Shown here piece after piece: positions 1 through 8,718 of a DNA stretch of 36,538 bases. The stretch is from positions 1 to 36,538 of IMG/VR virus record IMGVR_UViG_2654587996_000001. One strand, given 5' to 3'. A model generated the notes under the pieces. The model did no database searches, was not told where the DNA came from, and worked only from the letters and a program-made list of their open reading frames with translations. The stretch comes from a virus (lineage: Duplodnaviria; Heunggongvirae; Uroviricota; Caudoviricetes). How positions within the stretch are numbered: position 1 is the stretch's first letter; every line of letters begins with the position of its first letter. The translations under genes and the position numbers were made by a program.

Positions 1-735
1 TCAACTCTCTTTCAAACCGGTTTTAACTGTCTGTGGTTTTGGGTAAGGCTGGACTTTGAATAGCTTTGTGTTGAGGCGTTTTCTGGCTCTCTTGTTCAGA
101 AACCGGATGTAACGAAACTGGCGGAATTTATGAACACTGGCTCTGTCGATATTAGCCCTCAGATGTTCACCTCGCTGTCCTCCTCGTTTGATGGTATTCC
201 TGCAAATCTCGTGATACCACTCGCCATCAAGTTCATAGAATGTTGATTCATGGCTGCCAACATAATCAAAATTGCTTGCCTGATACACGACACCAAGACA
301 GCCACAACGCTCATCTGCAAACGACTGAACCCACTGCACCTGCGGATAAAGTTGCCTGATGAGTTTGAGTGCGTAACTGATTGCCCTTGATTCGGAGTTT
401 CTCGGCATACAGTCATGCATCCATAGCCGGTTAAGCTCCATGTATTCACGGTTCTGCGTACCCGTTACGATGCGCGCTCCGCTGTTTGGATTAAGGGCAT
501 AACCCCATTGCATTACGCCAACCAGCTCCCGTTCTGAAAATATCCCCAGATGAAGGTAGGAGTTATTTACGAAACGGTGGCTGTAATGTTTATTGACGAT
601 GACCAGTCGGGCCAGCCAACAACTTATTGTCTCAACACGCAATTCACGGGAGCCATAACCAACGATATTGTCGTTATAGCGAATAAGTTCAGGCGTGCTG
701 ATGATACGGGATGTAACTTGCTTTTTGTTCCCCAC
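1..735 (-). CDS. mom: Mom-like DNA modification protein; proposed GTG start at 735 (244 aa); the frame stays open upstream to 1086
   Basis: Lies immediately downstream of and overlapping a Com-like zinc finger gene, as in Mu. GTG at 735-733 is preceded by AAGGAAA about 9 nt upstream. No ATG exists in this frame between 895 and 513. Stop TGA at 1-3. Assignment is by position, not by recognised Mom sequence. Confidence 0.5.
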   Translation of the reverse strand: MGNKKQVTSRIISTPELIRYNDNIVGYGSRELRVETISCWLARLVIVNKHYSHRFVNNSYLHLGIFSERELVGVMQWGYALNPNSGARIVTGTQNREYMELNRLWMHDCMPRNSESRAISYALKLIRQLYPQVQWVQSFADERCGCLGVVYQASNFDYVGSHESTFYELDGEWYHEICRNTIKRGGQRGEHLRANIDRASVHKFRQFRYIRFLNKRARKRLNTKLFKVQPYPKPQTVKTGLKES

Positions 736-889
736 GACAGGATTTCCTTGTGTATGTGGGGTGCTCTGTGGCGCTCTGTGATGTGATTTGATTGAGGGTT
801 TTACAGCGCGGGCATTTGACTTCCAGATAGCTGAAACTGGCCCGTGCCAGTAGCTTATTGCAGTGTCGGCACCGTATGTTTCGATACAT
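689..889 (-). CDS. com: Com-like zinc-finger translational activator of mom
   Basis: Translation [14 protein letters not shown]...VKCPRCK has the C-x2-C...C-x2-C arrangement and CPRCK motif recalled from phage Mu Com; about 66 aa; 3' end overlaps the proposed mom start. Confidence 0.7.
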   Translation of the reverse strand: MYRNIRCRHCNKLLARASFSYLEVKCPRCKTLNQITSQSATEHPTYTRKSCRGEQKASYIPYHQHA

Positions 890-938
890 GGCCGCATAAC
901 CTCCTGCTTTGTTGTTGTTGTTGATGTTTGCTTCATCA

Positions 939-963
939 AATCGATCGACAAAAACGATCGATT
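939..963. promoter_or_regulatory. Perfect 9-bp inverted repeat AATCGATCG-N7-CGATCGATT carrying two GATC sites, upstream of com-mom; a third GATC at 1026-1029
   Basis: Read directly from the sequence. Sits 50-140 bp upstream of the com start on the minus strand. In Mu the mom promoter is controlled by Dam methylation of clustered upstream GATC sites. Confidence 0.5.
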
Positions 964-1103
964 CGATTTGTTTAATTGATACAACAAATAACACGAAATG
1001 TCATTAGCGAAAATTTTATGAGGTTGATCACTAATTTTAAAAGGTGCAGTAACGCATAAGTGATGAATGATTGTACATTTGAACACCGCAAAGCAAACAA
1101 CTC

Positions 1104-1129
1104 AACTAATTAATAAAAATCAATTAGTT
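1104..1129. promoter_or_regulatory. AT-rich palindrome AACTAATT-N10-AATTAGTT in the divergent region between com and the plus-strand ORF at 1153
   Basis: Perfect 8-bp inverted repeat read from the sequence, about 25 bp upstream of the GAGAGG ribosome-binding site of ORF 1153-1455; operator-like. Confidence 0.3.
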
Positions 1130-1152
1130 ATCTGCTGTCGTGAGAGGCTGTG

Positions 1153-1455
1153 ATGAACAATCATGTAACGACGATAAATCAAAACACAATTGAAAACGCG
1201 GAAATTTATAATGATTATTTTTCCGATTATTCAGATGTCTGCAAATACAGTTCGAGTGCGGGAAAGTTCATATGCTTCAATTTTTTTATTAAATCTTATG
1301 TCTTTCCTCCTAAGGAAGAGGATGGATGTACTCCACCTCCTGAAATCAGGTTGCACCGTGTTGCCTCTGTCTCAATGATGGAGCAACAGGCTGATGAGTT
1401 ATATAGCATTCTGGGAGCGCTTCTGCACAAGGATGAGGCTAAGGTGGGTCAATGA
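1153..1455 (+). CDS. Hypothetical protein (100 aa), AT-rich
   Basis: ATG at 1153 preceded by GAGAGG at 5-nt spacing; low GC compared with the phage backbone; no recognisable motif. Confidence 0.4.
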   Translation: MNNHVTTINQNTIENAEIYNDYFSDYSDVCKYSSSAGKFICFNFFIKSYVFPPKEEDGCTPPPEIRLHRVASVSMMEQQADELYSILGALLHKDEAKVGQ

Positions 1456-1582
1456 TGCCCTGTTATGTTTCAGTTATACTCGGGGATTAAGCTGGATTGC
1501 CTGCTGTTATATTCCCGGAATACTCAATGCTATTCAGCGCTTTACATATCAGAAAAATAGCAAGGATGTTTTCATTAGAATT

Positions 1583-1608
1583 AAACCGGCAGGAGAAACT
1601 GCCGGTTT
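1583..1608. terminator. Intrinsic terminator-like hairpin between convergent small genes
   Basis: Perfect 10-bp stem AAACCGGCAG / CTGCCGGTTT with 6-nt loop; T-rich flank; begins 7 nt after the stop of the minus-strand ORF 1615-1869. Confidence 0.55.
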
Positions 1609-1614
1609 GTATTG

Positions 1615-1869
1615 TTACATCATAGTACTGTCAGTTCCGGACTGAGCCGGTTCTGGTTGTTCTGGCTGTGCGTCGGTTTTCGGCTCATTATCAGCATCAC
1701 TGGCCGCAGCAGCTGGCCCAAGAAGTTTTGCCAGCACCTCATCAACGTAAGTGTCGATTTGTGCCTCAAAATCCTTGCGGACCTGCGCTTTCAGTAATTT
1801 ATTTACTTCACCTGAATACAGCGCCTGTTTGACCAGGTCTTCAGTGACAGTGCCTTTAATCTCTGGCAT
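1615..1869 (-). CDS. Hypothetical acidic protein (84 aa)
   Basis: Strong ribosome-binding site AAGGAGG 6 nt upstream of the ATG; AT-rich; acidic Pro/Glu-rich C-terminus. Confidence 0.55.
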   Translation of the reverse strand: MPEIKGTVTEDLVKQALYSGEVNKLLKAQVRKDFEAQIDTYVDEVLAKLLGPAAAASDADNEPKTDAQPEQPEPAQSGTDSTMM

Positions 1870-1904
1870 GTATATCCTCCTTATGCGGGAATACAGCCCT
1901 GCAA

Positions 1905-2087
1905 TCAGGGCTGGGTCGGGTCTTTTGGGAGCGGGGTTGCCGTTGTTGTTTTACTGAGTTTTTCCGCTGCTGCGTCATCAATTTTACGGCGGACATAATT
2001 TCGGATAGCTTTGTAGCCACCACTCACCAGATATAACGCGCAGACCACCGAGCAGAAATATAATAAAATAAGCTGTATAAATGTCAT
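1905..2087 (-). CDS. Small membrane protein (60 aa), one N-terminal transmembrane helix then a basic tail
   Basis: Hydrophobic N-terminus IQLILLYFCSVVCALYLV; GGAG 7 nt upstream of the ATG; 35-nt spacing to the next ORF suggests co-transcription. Confidence 0.5.
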   Translation of the reverse strand: MTFIQLILLYFCSVVCALYLVSGGYKAIRNYVRRKIDDAAAEKLSKTTTATPLPKDPTQP

Positions 2088-2223
2088 TATTCATCTCCAT
2101 TATTAATATGGTGTTGACATAGTTAATACCTGTTGGTTAAAAAGGCGTCCTGCATTTTTTGCTTTGGACATAACGACTTTTGCCGCCGGTTTCCTTGTTT
2201 TCCCTTTCCAGGCGGCATTTTTT

Positions 2224-4302
2224 TTATCCTGCTGACGGGGTATTCACTTCCACCACAATGCTGTCAATCAGCACCGGATATGTCGCAGCGCTGGTGATAT
2301 CAGTCACCCGTAATTTGTCTGCCGTAAACGTGCCAACCGGAGACTGAGACAGCATGAATGGTGTCCCGTCCTTACCATCAATGACCGGCGTCACCTCAAT
2401 ACTGTTGTTACCGGCAAAACGGAAGCCCAGCGTATGCCATTCGTTATTAAATGCACCGAATGACCCCAGTTTCGTGTTTTGCGCCGTATTGCCCTTGTGG
2501 TACATCACGTTAAGGTCTGTGGCATCGCTCTGAACGTAAAACGATGCCAGCAGGTTATGACCGGCATTACCTTCCAGAGTAACCCCTTGCGGCAGGGCAG
2601 AAACCGGCCAGTACAGCGCCATCGCGTACTGATTAGCCGTAAGCGTACCATCAACCTTAAACCGGCAACTGACAAGGCCACCTTTACCCAGCAGGTCCGC
2701 ACCATTACCGGCATCATGCTCAAGGTACCAGGAGGATTTGCCTGTTTCCTTGGTCAGTTTCATGGCCTTACCACTACCTGCTCCGGCATCATCCACGATT
2801 TCAGCCTTGCCACCTCCCGCGCTCCAGCCCTGTGGTGACAGCTGACCTTCTGATTCAGATGTCCGGTAAGCAAACAGCGTGCTCATCGTCGTGGTGTCAG
2901 CCGGTGGAGTGGACGGTGTATCCGGCGATGGTGTTGATGGGGAGTCAGGTGATGGCTTCTCATCCGGTGGTGTCACGGTCTGCCCGCCCATCAGTTCAGC
3001 CGTGCGCCCTGCATGGAGCAGAATAGCGGAGGCCAGACGGTCTGAAATAATGCCCCTGCGTGCCCATGAGCTGAAATGGCTGTCACGCTGTGTCGAGACA
3101 AAACTGCCCTGAGTACGGGATGCTGCACCATAATACCCGACAGCCACAATATCCGGGTCTTCCGCCGGAGCATTTGTTGGCGTGTTTGCGCCGTTTTCAT
3201 CTGTCAGGAACGGTACAAAGAAAATATTCTGTGCTTCCTTGCCTTTGTAGCCACCGTATACTGTCTCATATTTATCGGTGCCAGCGTTTTTCCAGTAATA
3301 CGTGGTATCACCGCAAATCCACGGCACCGTGGTGGCATTTCCGCTCACACACTGTGCAGCAAGTGAGGACAGGTCAGTCCTGAACTGCTGAACCATGGCC
3401 GTGAATAAACCGTTATGCTGCTGACTGCCTGAAGCAAGGTCTGCCTCGCCCTGCATCCATACCACCGCCAGCAGCCTGTTTTTCGGGTTCTTCGCCAGCG
3501 CCGCTTTTGTCCGGCTGACCATGTCCTGATACAGGGGTTTACCGGCACCCCAGCGTGCAGCGTCAGCGGATGCGCCACTGGCCTCACTGAATGTACCGTC
3601 GGCACCGGTGGTGAATGCAGAACCACCACGACAGCAGGGCACCAGAAGTATCCCTGCATTCTGCGGGATATACGACAGCAGCTTTTTGGCAATATGCAGC
3701 CCCTGACTGACACAGCCATACTGCCCCTTATTCAGGTCCGCTTTCGGATGATTAACACCGCTCATATCCTGTACATCATGCAGACAATGGTCAGCCGGAA
3801 TCACATCATTGTATGCACAGGCGTCTCCACCCGGCGTCACTGTACTGCGGCGTGCCAGCTGTTTAATGCGCGGGTCCGGGCGGTCATAAGAGTCCGGTAA
3901 CGGAAGCCCCTCACCGTAGGCCATGCCGTTGGACTGTCCGGCAAGCACAACCACGTAGTAATACTCCGGCTCTCTGTTGCCGCCACTCACACTGCCGGAA
4001 GACCCGGCGTTATCCGGTGCATTCCAGTCCGATGGGGTGAGCGTTCCGGCCACATCCGACGTAATGGGAATGACGCCGGTCACGCCAGAGCTGGTAATTT
4101 CTGCACTGGGGGTACCGGACACAGGCATTACCCATAATGGCTCTTTCGTGCTGAAGCGGATCACACAATCTGCAAAGGTGATCCCGCCTTTATTACCCGA
4201 AGGCCGGAAAGGGCTTTCAATAAATGCCACAGTGCCACCGGCAACCTTGACTGAAAACTCTCCGGGCATGGCGGAGAGCATTTTCCACTGGGAGTCTGAC
4301 AT
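2224..4302 (-). CDS. SGNH/SASA-family esterase domain protein with Pro/Ser/Thr linker and C-terminal beta-rich domain; candidate virion-associated receptor-modifying enzyme
   Basis: Motif VVVLAGQSNGMAYG (GQSN nucleophile block of sialate O-acetylesterase-like SGNH hydrolases); linker PPDEKPSPDSPSTPSPDTPSTPPADTTT; no N-terminal signal peptide; located just past the tail fiber genes. Confidence 0.7.
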   Translation of the reverse strand: MSDSQWKMLSAMPGEFSVKVAGGTVAFIESPFRPSGNKGGITFADCVIRFSTKEPLWVMPVSGTPSAEITSSGVTGVIPITSDVAGTLTPSDWNAPDNAGSSGSVSGGNREPEYYYVVVLAGQSNGMAYGEGLPLPDSYDRPDPRIKQLARRSTVTPGGDACAYNDVIPADHCLHDVQDMSGVNHPKADLNKGQYGCVSQGLHIAKKLLSYIPQNAGILLVPCCRGGSAFTTGADGTFSEASGASADAARWGAGKPLYQDMVSRTKAALAKNPKNRLLAVVWMQGEADLASGSQQHNGLFTAMVQQFRTDLSSLAAQCVSGNATTVPWICGDTTYYWKNAGTDKYETVYGGYKGKEAQNIFFVPFLTDENGANTPTNAPAEDPDIVAVGYYGAASRTQGSFVSTQRDSHFSSWARRGIISDRLASAILLHAGRTAELMGGQTVTPPDEKPSPDSPSTPSPDTPSTPPADTTTMSTLFAYRTSESEGQLSPQGWSAGGGKAEIVDDAGAGSGKAMKLTKETGKSSWYLEHDAGNGADLLGKGGLVSCRFKVDGTLTANQYAMALYWPVSALPQGVTLEGNAGHNLLASFYVQSDATDLNVMYHKGNTAQNTKLGSFGAFNNEWHTLGFRFAGNNSIEVTPVIDGKDGTPFMLSQSPVGTFTADKLRVTDITSAATYPVLIDSIVVEVNTPSAG

Positions 4303-4555
4303 CGTCTTTTCTGCCTGTTTCTGAATTAAACAGAGTCAGAATAACAACCGCTGATAAATATGTGTTTTGCGGAAATTCAAAAAAAGCGTCACGGTACTTT
4401 TTATGACGGAGCCGGTGAGGCAGGAACATAACGACAAAGGATGGACAGGCCAATATGATAACCGCATATTACCGGCTTATAATTTAATTAACGATTCATG
4501 ACGCGGCGGTCAGCACCTGAAAATATGCGTTATTTCAGACAACCCTTGCCTGTAT

Positions 4556-5128
4556 ATGGCGATAGTATTATTCCTGTTTTTATCATTGATTCACATGGTG
4601 ATGTTTATGCAACTGATTAATGTTAAACGATATTACCCGGAACACAAACCCTATGGTAATGATGTACAGTATTTTCAGAGTGAAGATGGTAAGGATTTCT
4701 ACGAGTCCCTGCCATTATTCACAAAAAAATATAAACTTTGCATAACACCAGACAGCGGCGTTATCTGCTCAATATCACAGGACGCCTCGGCACTGTATCC
4801 TGCGGGTTTTTCCGTGGTTGAGGCCGATGAACTCCCTGAAGGCACGGATATTTCAGGAAACTGGACGTTTGATAATGGCGTTATCTCCCGGCTTCCGGTT
4901 AACTACACCAAAAAAGCGGAAGCACAGCGCCAGTCATATCTTAATCAGGCATATGAAAAAATTAATGACTGGAGAACTGAGCTACAACTGGGCACGATCA
5001 GTGATGAAGACAGAGCAGCACTTACCCAATGGATGGCATACATCAGTCAGGTGAAGAAAATGGAACTACCCGCCATTAAAACAGAAGCTGAATTTAACGC
5101 CATTAAATGGCCTGAGCTGCCACAGTAA
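4556..5128 (+). CDS. Tail fiber assembly (chaperone) protein; real start probably internal, around 4595-4607
   Basis: C-terminal region DWRTELQLGTISDEDRAALTQWMAYISQVKKM resembles conserved Tfa/U-family C-termini. On the opposite strand from all other structural genes. Confidence 0.65.
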   Translation: MAIVLFLFLSLIHMVMFMQLINVKRYYPEHKPYGNDVQYFQSEDGKDFYESLPLFTKKYKLCITPDSGVICSISQDASALYPAGFSVVEADELPEGTDISGNWTFDNGVISRLPVNYTKKAEAQRQSYLNQAYEKINDWRTELQLGTISDEDRAALTQWMAYISQVKKMELPAIKTEAEFNAIKWPELPQ

Positions 5129-5131
5129 TAA

Positions 5132-5151
5132 AGAAGGCCGGAAGGCCTTCT
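5132..5151. terminator. Bidirectional terminator hairpin between convergent tail fiber and Tfa genes
   Basis: Perfect 8-bp stem AGAAGGCC / GGCCTTCT with GGAA loop, placed between the Tfa stop (5126-5128) and the tail fiber stop (5160-5162); U-rich flanks on both strands. Confidence 0.6.
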
Positions 5152-5159
5152 GAATATCA

Positions 5160-6041
5160 TTATATACTTGCAGCCGTCACCCATGCTCCATTTAACAGAT
5201 ACTGCAACGGCCGGTAATACACGCCGCCGACGTTATCTGCCGTATTCTTACCGACATCCTGTACTTTAATTCCGGTAAGAACATTGCCGCCCCCCAGATT
5301 CAGATCCCAGCTTTCCCATGTTCCGGGCATATGTGCGGTCACAGACCCCAGCCTGATACCCGTCACTGTTCCTGATGAGATAGTGATATCCTGCGTTCCG
5401 TCAAAGGCGACACCATTGATTTTGTGGGCGTTGGCCAGCCTGTTTGCTGCAACAGCCGTGCCGTTCGATGGCAGGGCATTCGCGGCCTTGTTTACCGTAT
5501 CCCGTAAACCGACGTTATCGATAAAAGCCCCTTTATCCGGAATGTCTGCGCCGTTCTGCTCCCTGCGCAGGTAATGGTTATCACCTTCGCTCCTGCTGTA
5601 AACATCCAGATTATTACGGGCGGTCCCCTTATTCTCCAGATCGGCCAGATTCTGATCCTTTGCCAGTGCATTAACGTCACCGGGACCAAGACTGTTTTTT
5701 GTGGCAAGCGTCCCCAGACCAAGATAACCACGGGCCAGACGCTGGGCCTCCGCACCGGCATCAGCAATTTCTTTCAGGTTATTTTTCCGGGAAAAGGCAT
5801 TCGCAGCGATAATGGCTTTAATGGACAGCGTAAGCTGGTTTAACTGCGCCTTATCCGGCTGGATATTGGCTTCAGCCAGAATATTCAGCAGTTCGGCCTG
5901 GAGAATATTCAGCCAGTCCTGACCGATCCAGCTGATACCTTTCTGTCCGTCACCTTCGGTAAACCAGGTGGTGGTATTACTCTGCGCCGGTGCCAGCGCA
6001 GGCATATTCGCCACGCCGGAATTATTATCAACATGAAACAT
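5160..6041 (-). CDS. Tail fiber protein (S-like), 293 aa
   Basis: Position after the baseplate genes; N-terminal [13 protein letters not shown] segment typical of tail fiber N-termini; Gly/Asn-rich C-terminal part. Confidence 0.65.
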   Translation of the reverse strand: MFHVDNNSGVANMPALAPAQSNTTTWFTEGDGQKGISWIGQDWLNILQAELLNILAEANIQPDKAQLNQLTLSIKAIIAANAFSRKNNLKEIADAGAEAQRLARGYLGLGTLATKNSLGPGDVNALAKDQNLADLENKGTARNNLDVYSRSEGDNHYLRREQNGADIPDKGAFIDNVGLRDTVNKAANALPSNGTAVAANRLANAHKINGVAFDGTQDITISSGTVTGIRLGSVTAHMPGTWESWDLNLGGGNVLTGIKVQDVGKNTADNVGGVYYRPLQYLLNGAWVTAASI

Positions 6042-6601
6042 CAGATATTCTCCTCTTCATGGCTGTTTGCATAGACGTAAATAAACGTCTGCCACGCGGG
6101 CTTATAACGGTTCAGAATACATTCCAGCGCGCCGCCTTCATAAATACGCAGCGGGGTGAGGATATCATCCAGCACATTCATATGCCGGTAGCCGGTTTCG
6201 CTGTTAATCGTGACAATACTGACCCACTGCGAATCCGGTGAGGGCTGAATATCTATTTCATAACCAAACTCCGCCGCAAACCGGATATAAAATTCACGGT
6301 TCAGCGAGGGCTTCATCCGGTATTTATTTCCGGCATAACGCTGTCGCTCCGTGAGGGTGGCTCCGGCCATATCACATTCAGGAAGGCCCAGATAACGCTC
6401 CCAGTCTTCCAGCAGCAGGCGCGACGAGTCAGGGAATCGCTCGGCAAACAGCTGTTTTCCCGTCCAGGACACACGCGCGGTGGAATGACTGAGGCCCAGA
6501 CATAGCGATGCCAGTACAGATGACGGACGCTTGTCCCATGCCAGCCCGTCAGGCAGCAACTGCAACAGGGCGCGCTGATGCGGGGTGAGGGTTACAGCCA
6601 T
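6041..6601 (-). CDS. Baseplate/tail protein, Mu gp48-like
   Basis: Size and position between the J-like baseplate protein and the tail fiber; start overlaps the upstream stop. Confidence 0.5.
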   Translation of the reverse strand: MAVTLTPHQRALLQLLPDGLAWDKRPSSVLASLCLGLSHSTARVSWTGKQLFAERFPDSSRLLLEDWERYLGLPECDMAGATLTERQRYAGNKYRMKPSLNREFYIRFAAEFGYEIDIQPSPDSQWVSIVTINSETGYRHMNVLDDILTPLRIYEGGALECILNRYKPAWQTFIYVYANSHEEENI

Positions 6602-7674
6602 GTGATTTCTCCCACCGTCAGCAGCTCACTGTCGCCCGCCTGAACCGACGTCAGCGGACTGCGCACTTCAAAATCCTCCAGATTTTTCACCCCCGCCACG
6701 GCACGCCAGAAAGACGACGGCAGAACCAGACCGCCGGGCCGGGATTCGTTGTATAACAGGTCGGTCAGCGCCTGTTTTACGGCCGCCTGATTCTCCGGTG
6801 TTTTCGGGATGATCCTGATGCTGAAGGGCACCGGCTTATTGGTCAGTTTAAACACGGTCACCGTCGGCCCCAGCGGCTGCCCGACTGGCTGGCCGGTCGC
6901 CGGATCATCATGACTGCGGATATAATCCGCCACCCGCTGAACATCACCGTCACCGGGGAAAATATCCGGGTTATTATCCTGAACGAACGTTACCCCCACG
7001 CTGCCCGCCTGCGGCCATTCCGGGCGGCACCATGCCCGCGTCACGCCAGGCACTTCACGCGCCCAGCGTTCGAAATCATACTGCGTGCCGCCGGACGGCG
7101 GATTCTGCACCCGGAAAACCAGACGGGAAAGCAGCTCCGGTACGGTTTCCACGTCTGCACCACCGGTGATCCCCGTGCCGGTCACCGTGGCCGTCTGGTT
7201 GATCCCCGCCTGCGGTGTGATAAAGGTCAGTTTTGTCCCTGCCGGGGCATTTCCCGCACGACCGGCACTTTCGGCCTCCACACTGACATTCAGCGTACCG
7301 GCCTTGCCGGTCAGGGAGGCGGTGATGCGGTAAACCACGCCGTCACTGCGCTGGAGAAGCACACCTTCCGTGATCCCCGCATCCGTCGTCAGCATCAGTT
7401 GTACCGGCCCGTCCCCCCGTGAAGCGGGTTTACGCATGACGCCCCAGAACGCGCAGTGCTTCAGCAGTTCGGCTTCATCAGCTTCTGTCGGGATGATCTG
7501 ACGCGCAATCCAGGCCAGATGCTCATGCTCCTGTGCAGACAACCCCGCCTGGGCATAAGCAATGGCATTCAGGGTGGTTTCACTCACGCCCGGTTGCGAA
7601 CCGGGCAGGCGCTGGCTGATATCCTGCTGTGTCTGCGTGATTAACTGTGCCAGCGGTAAAGGCTGATAAGGCAT
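6592..7674 (-). CDS. Baseplate J-like protein (Mu gp47-like)
   Basis: 360 aa, syntenic position; overlapping start and stop with neighbours. Confidence 0.6.
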   Translation of the reverse strand: MPYQPLPLAQLITQTQQDISQRLPGSQPGVSETTLNAIAYAQAGLSAQEHEHLAWIARQIIPTEADEAELLKHCAFWGVMRKPASRGDGPVQLMLTTDAGITEGVLLQRSDGVVYRITASLTGKAGTLNVSVEAESAGRAGNAPAGTKLTFITPQAGINQTATVTGTGITGGADVETVPELLSRLVFRVQNPPSGGTQYDFERWAREVPGVTRAWCRPEWPQAGSVGVTFVQDNNPDIFPGDGDVQRVADYIRSHDDPATGQPVGQPLGPTVTVFKLTNKPVPFSIRIIPKTPENQAAVKQALTDLLYNESRPGGLVLPSSFWRAVAGVKNLEDFEVRSPLTSVQAGDSELLTVGEITWL

Positions 7675-8111
7675 TACTCCCCCTTAAGATCAGCGTAAAA
7701 AATCATGGGTCTCACCGAACCATCGGGCAGGGTTATATGCACCGAAAGCGCCAGTCGCGCGTGTCCCACGCGTTCTGCATAACACGCCACGGATGACGCC
7801 ACGCCATCCTGACTGAGCCAGCCCAGCGCCTCATCTGCGTAAGCACGGGCACGGCGTACCACGGAGGCCAGCGTTTTTTCCCGGCTGAGAAGCCACAGAC
7901 GGGAGCCAATGGGGCGCGGGCGAAAACTGTCTCCCCACCATCCCCGGCGGTCACGCGTACCGTCAGGGATTTCATCCGATGCCAGTGCCCGGCGGTCAGT
8001 AAACAGGGATATCAGCACAGCCGTCAGCAGACTGTCATCCGTCAGCAGGTCAGCACCGTTGAGTTGCAGCGAACCGCATCCCTGATCCCACACAATTGCA
8101 ATATCAGCCAT
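7674..8111 (-). CDS. Baseplate wedge protein (Mu gp46 / gpW-gp25-like); start taken at internal ATG 8111
   Basis: ATG at 8111 gives the typical 8-nt overlap with the upstream gene stop (8104-8106); about 146 aa; the longer ORF to 8255 would overlap the upstream gene extensively. Confidence 0.5.
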   Translation of the reverse strand: MADIAIVWDQGCGSLQLNGADLLTDDSLLTAVLISLFTDRRALASDEIPDGTRDRRGWWGDSFRPRPIGSRLWLLSREKTLASVVRRARAYADEALGWLSQDGVASSVACYAERVGHARLALSVHITLPDGSVRPMIFYADLKGE

Positions 8112-8718
8112 TCTCCGGCACTCCTGTCTTACTGCCTTCGCCGTTATCATGATGCACATGACCGGAATAGGTGATCCCGGCAATAACCGCGTCTGACATG
8201 GTGAACAGTCCCTGAGATTTCCCCGTACCATCAAGCGCGAAATTCCCCTTAACATGCAGGTTCTTATTCACCGTCACATTGCCCGTAAAGGTGGCTTCCG
8301 GCGTATCCACCTGAACACTTTCATCGGCATAAATTTCCAGCGTCTTACAGGTCACGATGATCCGGCCGTCTTTTGTCAGACGTATGCGGTGCCCCTCATG
8401 GTGATACACGCCGGTGTCTCCGGCGGTGAGTCCGGTCGGGCGGCTGCGCCGGTCTTCCACCACAAGTACCACGGCCTGATCCCGCTGCCCGCCCAGACAG
8501 GCAAAAAAGGTTTCTGCGCCCGGCAGGGGCACACTGATCTGGCCGTACTGCTGGGGGCGCTCCACATCATCAAACGTTTCGCCGTCCATGCCGGTGAACT
8601 GCACATTCTGCATTTTCAGTTCGTCGTGTGTGCCGGTCAGAACACCCCGGCCAAACAGCAGACGAATACCGCGTGTCACCGGGGCAATCAGGCGGCTGAA
8701 CACTTCATCATTCATCAA
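8104..8718 (-). CDS. Baseplate assembly/spike protein V-like (Mu gp45-like)
   Basis: 204 aa; position between the hub-like protein and gp46-like protein. Confidence 0.6.
   Translation of the reverse strand: MMNDEVFSRLIAPVTRGIRLLFGRGVLTGTHDELKMQNVQFTGMDGETFDDVERPQQYGQISVPLPGAETFFACLGGQRDQAVVLVVEDRRSRPTGLTAGDTGVYHHEGHRIRLTKDGRIIVTCKTLEIYADESVQVDTPEATFTGNVTVNKNLHVKGNFALDGTGKSQGLFTMSDAVIAGITYSGHVHHDNGEGSKTGVPENG

Noticed and set aside
550-786. Plus-strand 78-aa ORF
   Set aside because: Lies wholly inside the com-mom coding region on the opposite strand with no ribosome-binding site.
1-1086. Full 361-aa ORF as the Mom protein
   Set aside because: Its upstream part overlaps the Com gene, which is in another frame; a shorter product from GTG 735 fits Mu organisation better. 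Kept only as the maximal frame.
2114-2142. Plus-strand promoter (TTGACA, 17-bp spacer, TTAAAA) and the downstream hairpin plus T-run at 2181-2225
   Set aside because: The -10 match is poor, the hairpin has a 23-nt loop, and there is no plus-strand gene to serve.
2879-3112. Plus-strand ORF with GDGVDG repeats
   Set aside because: Antisense reading of the Pro/Ser/Thr linker of the esterase gene.
1090-5160. Gin-type DNA invertase gene in the position Mu uses
   Set aside because: No ORF in this interval or elsewhere in the window has the size and N-terminal serine-recombinase pattern expected.
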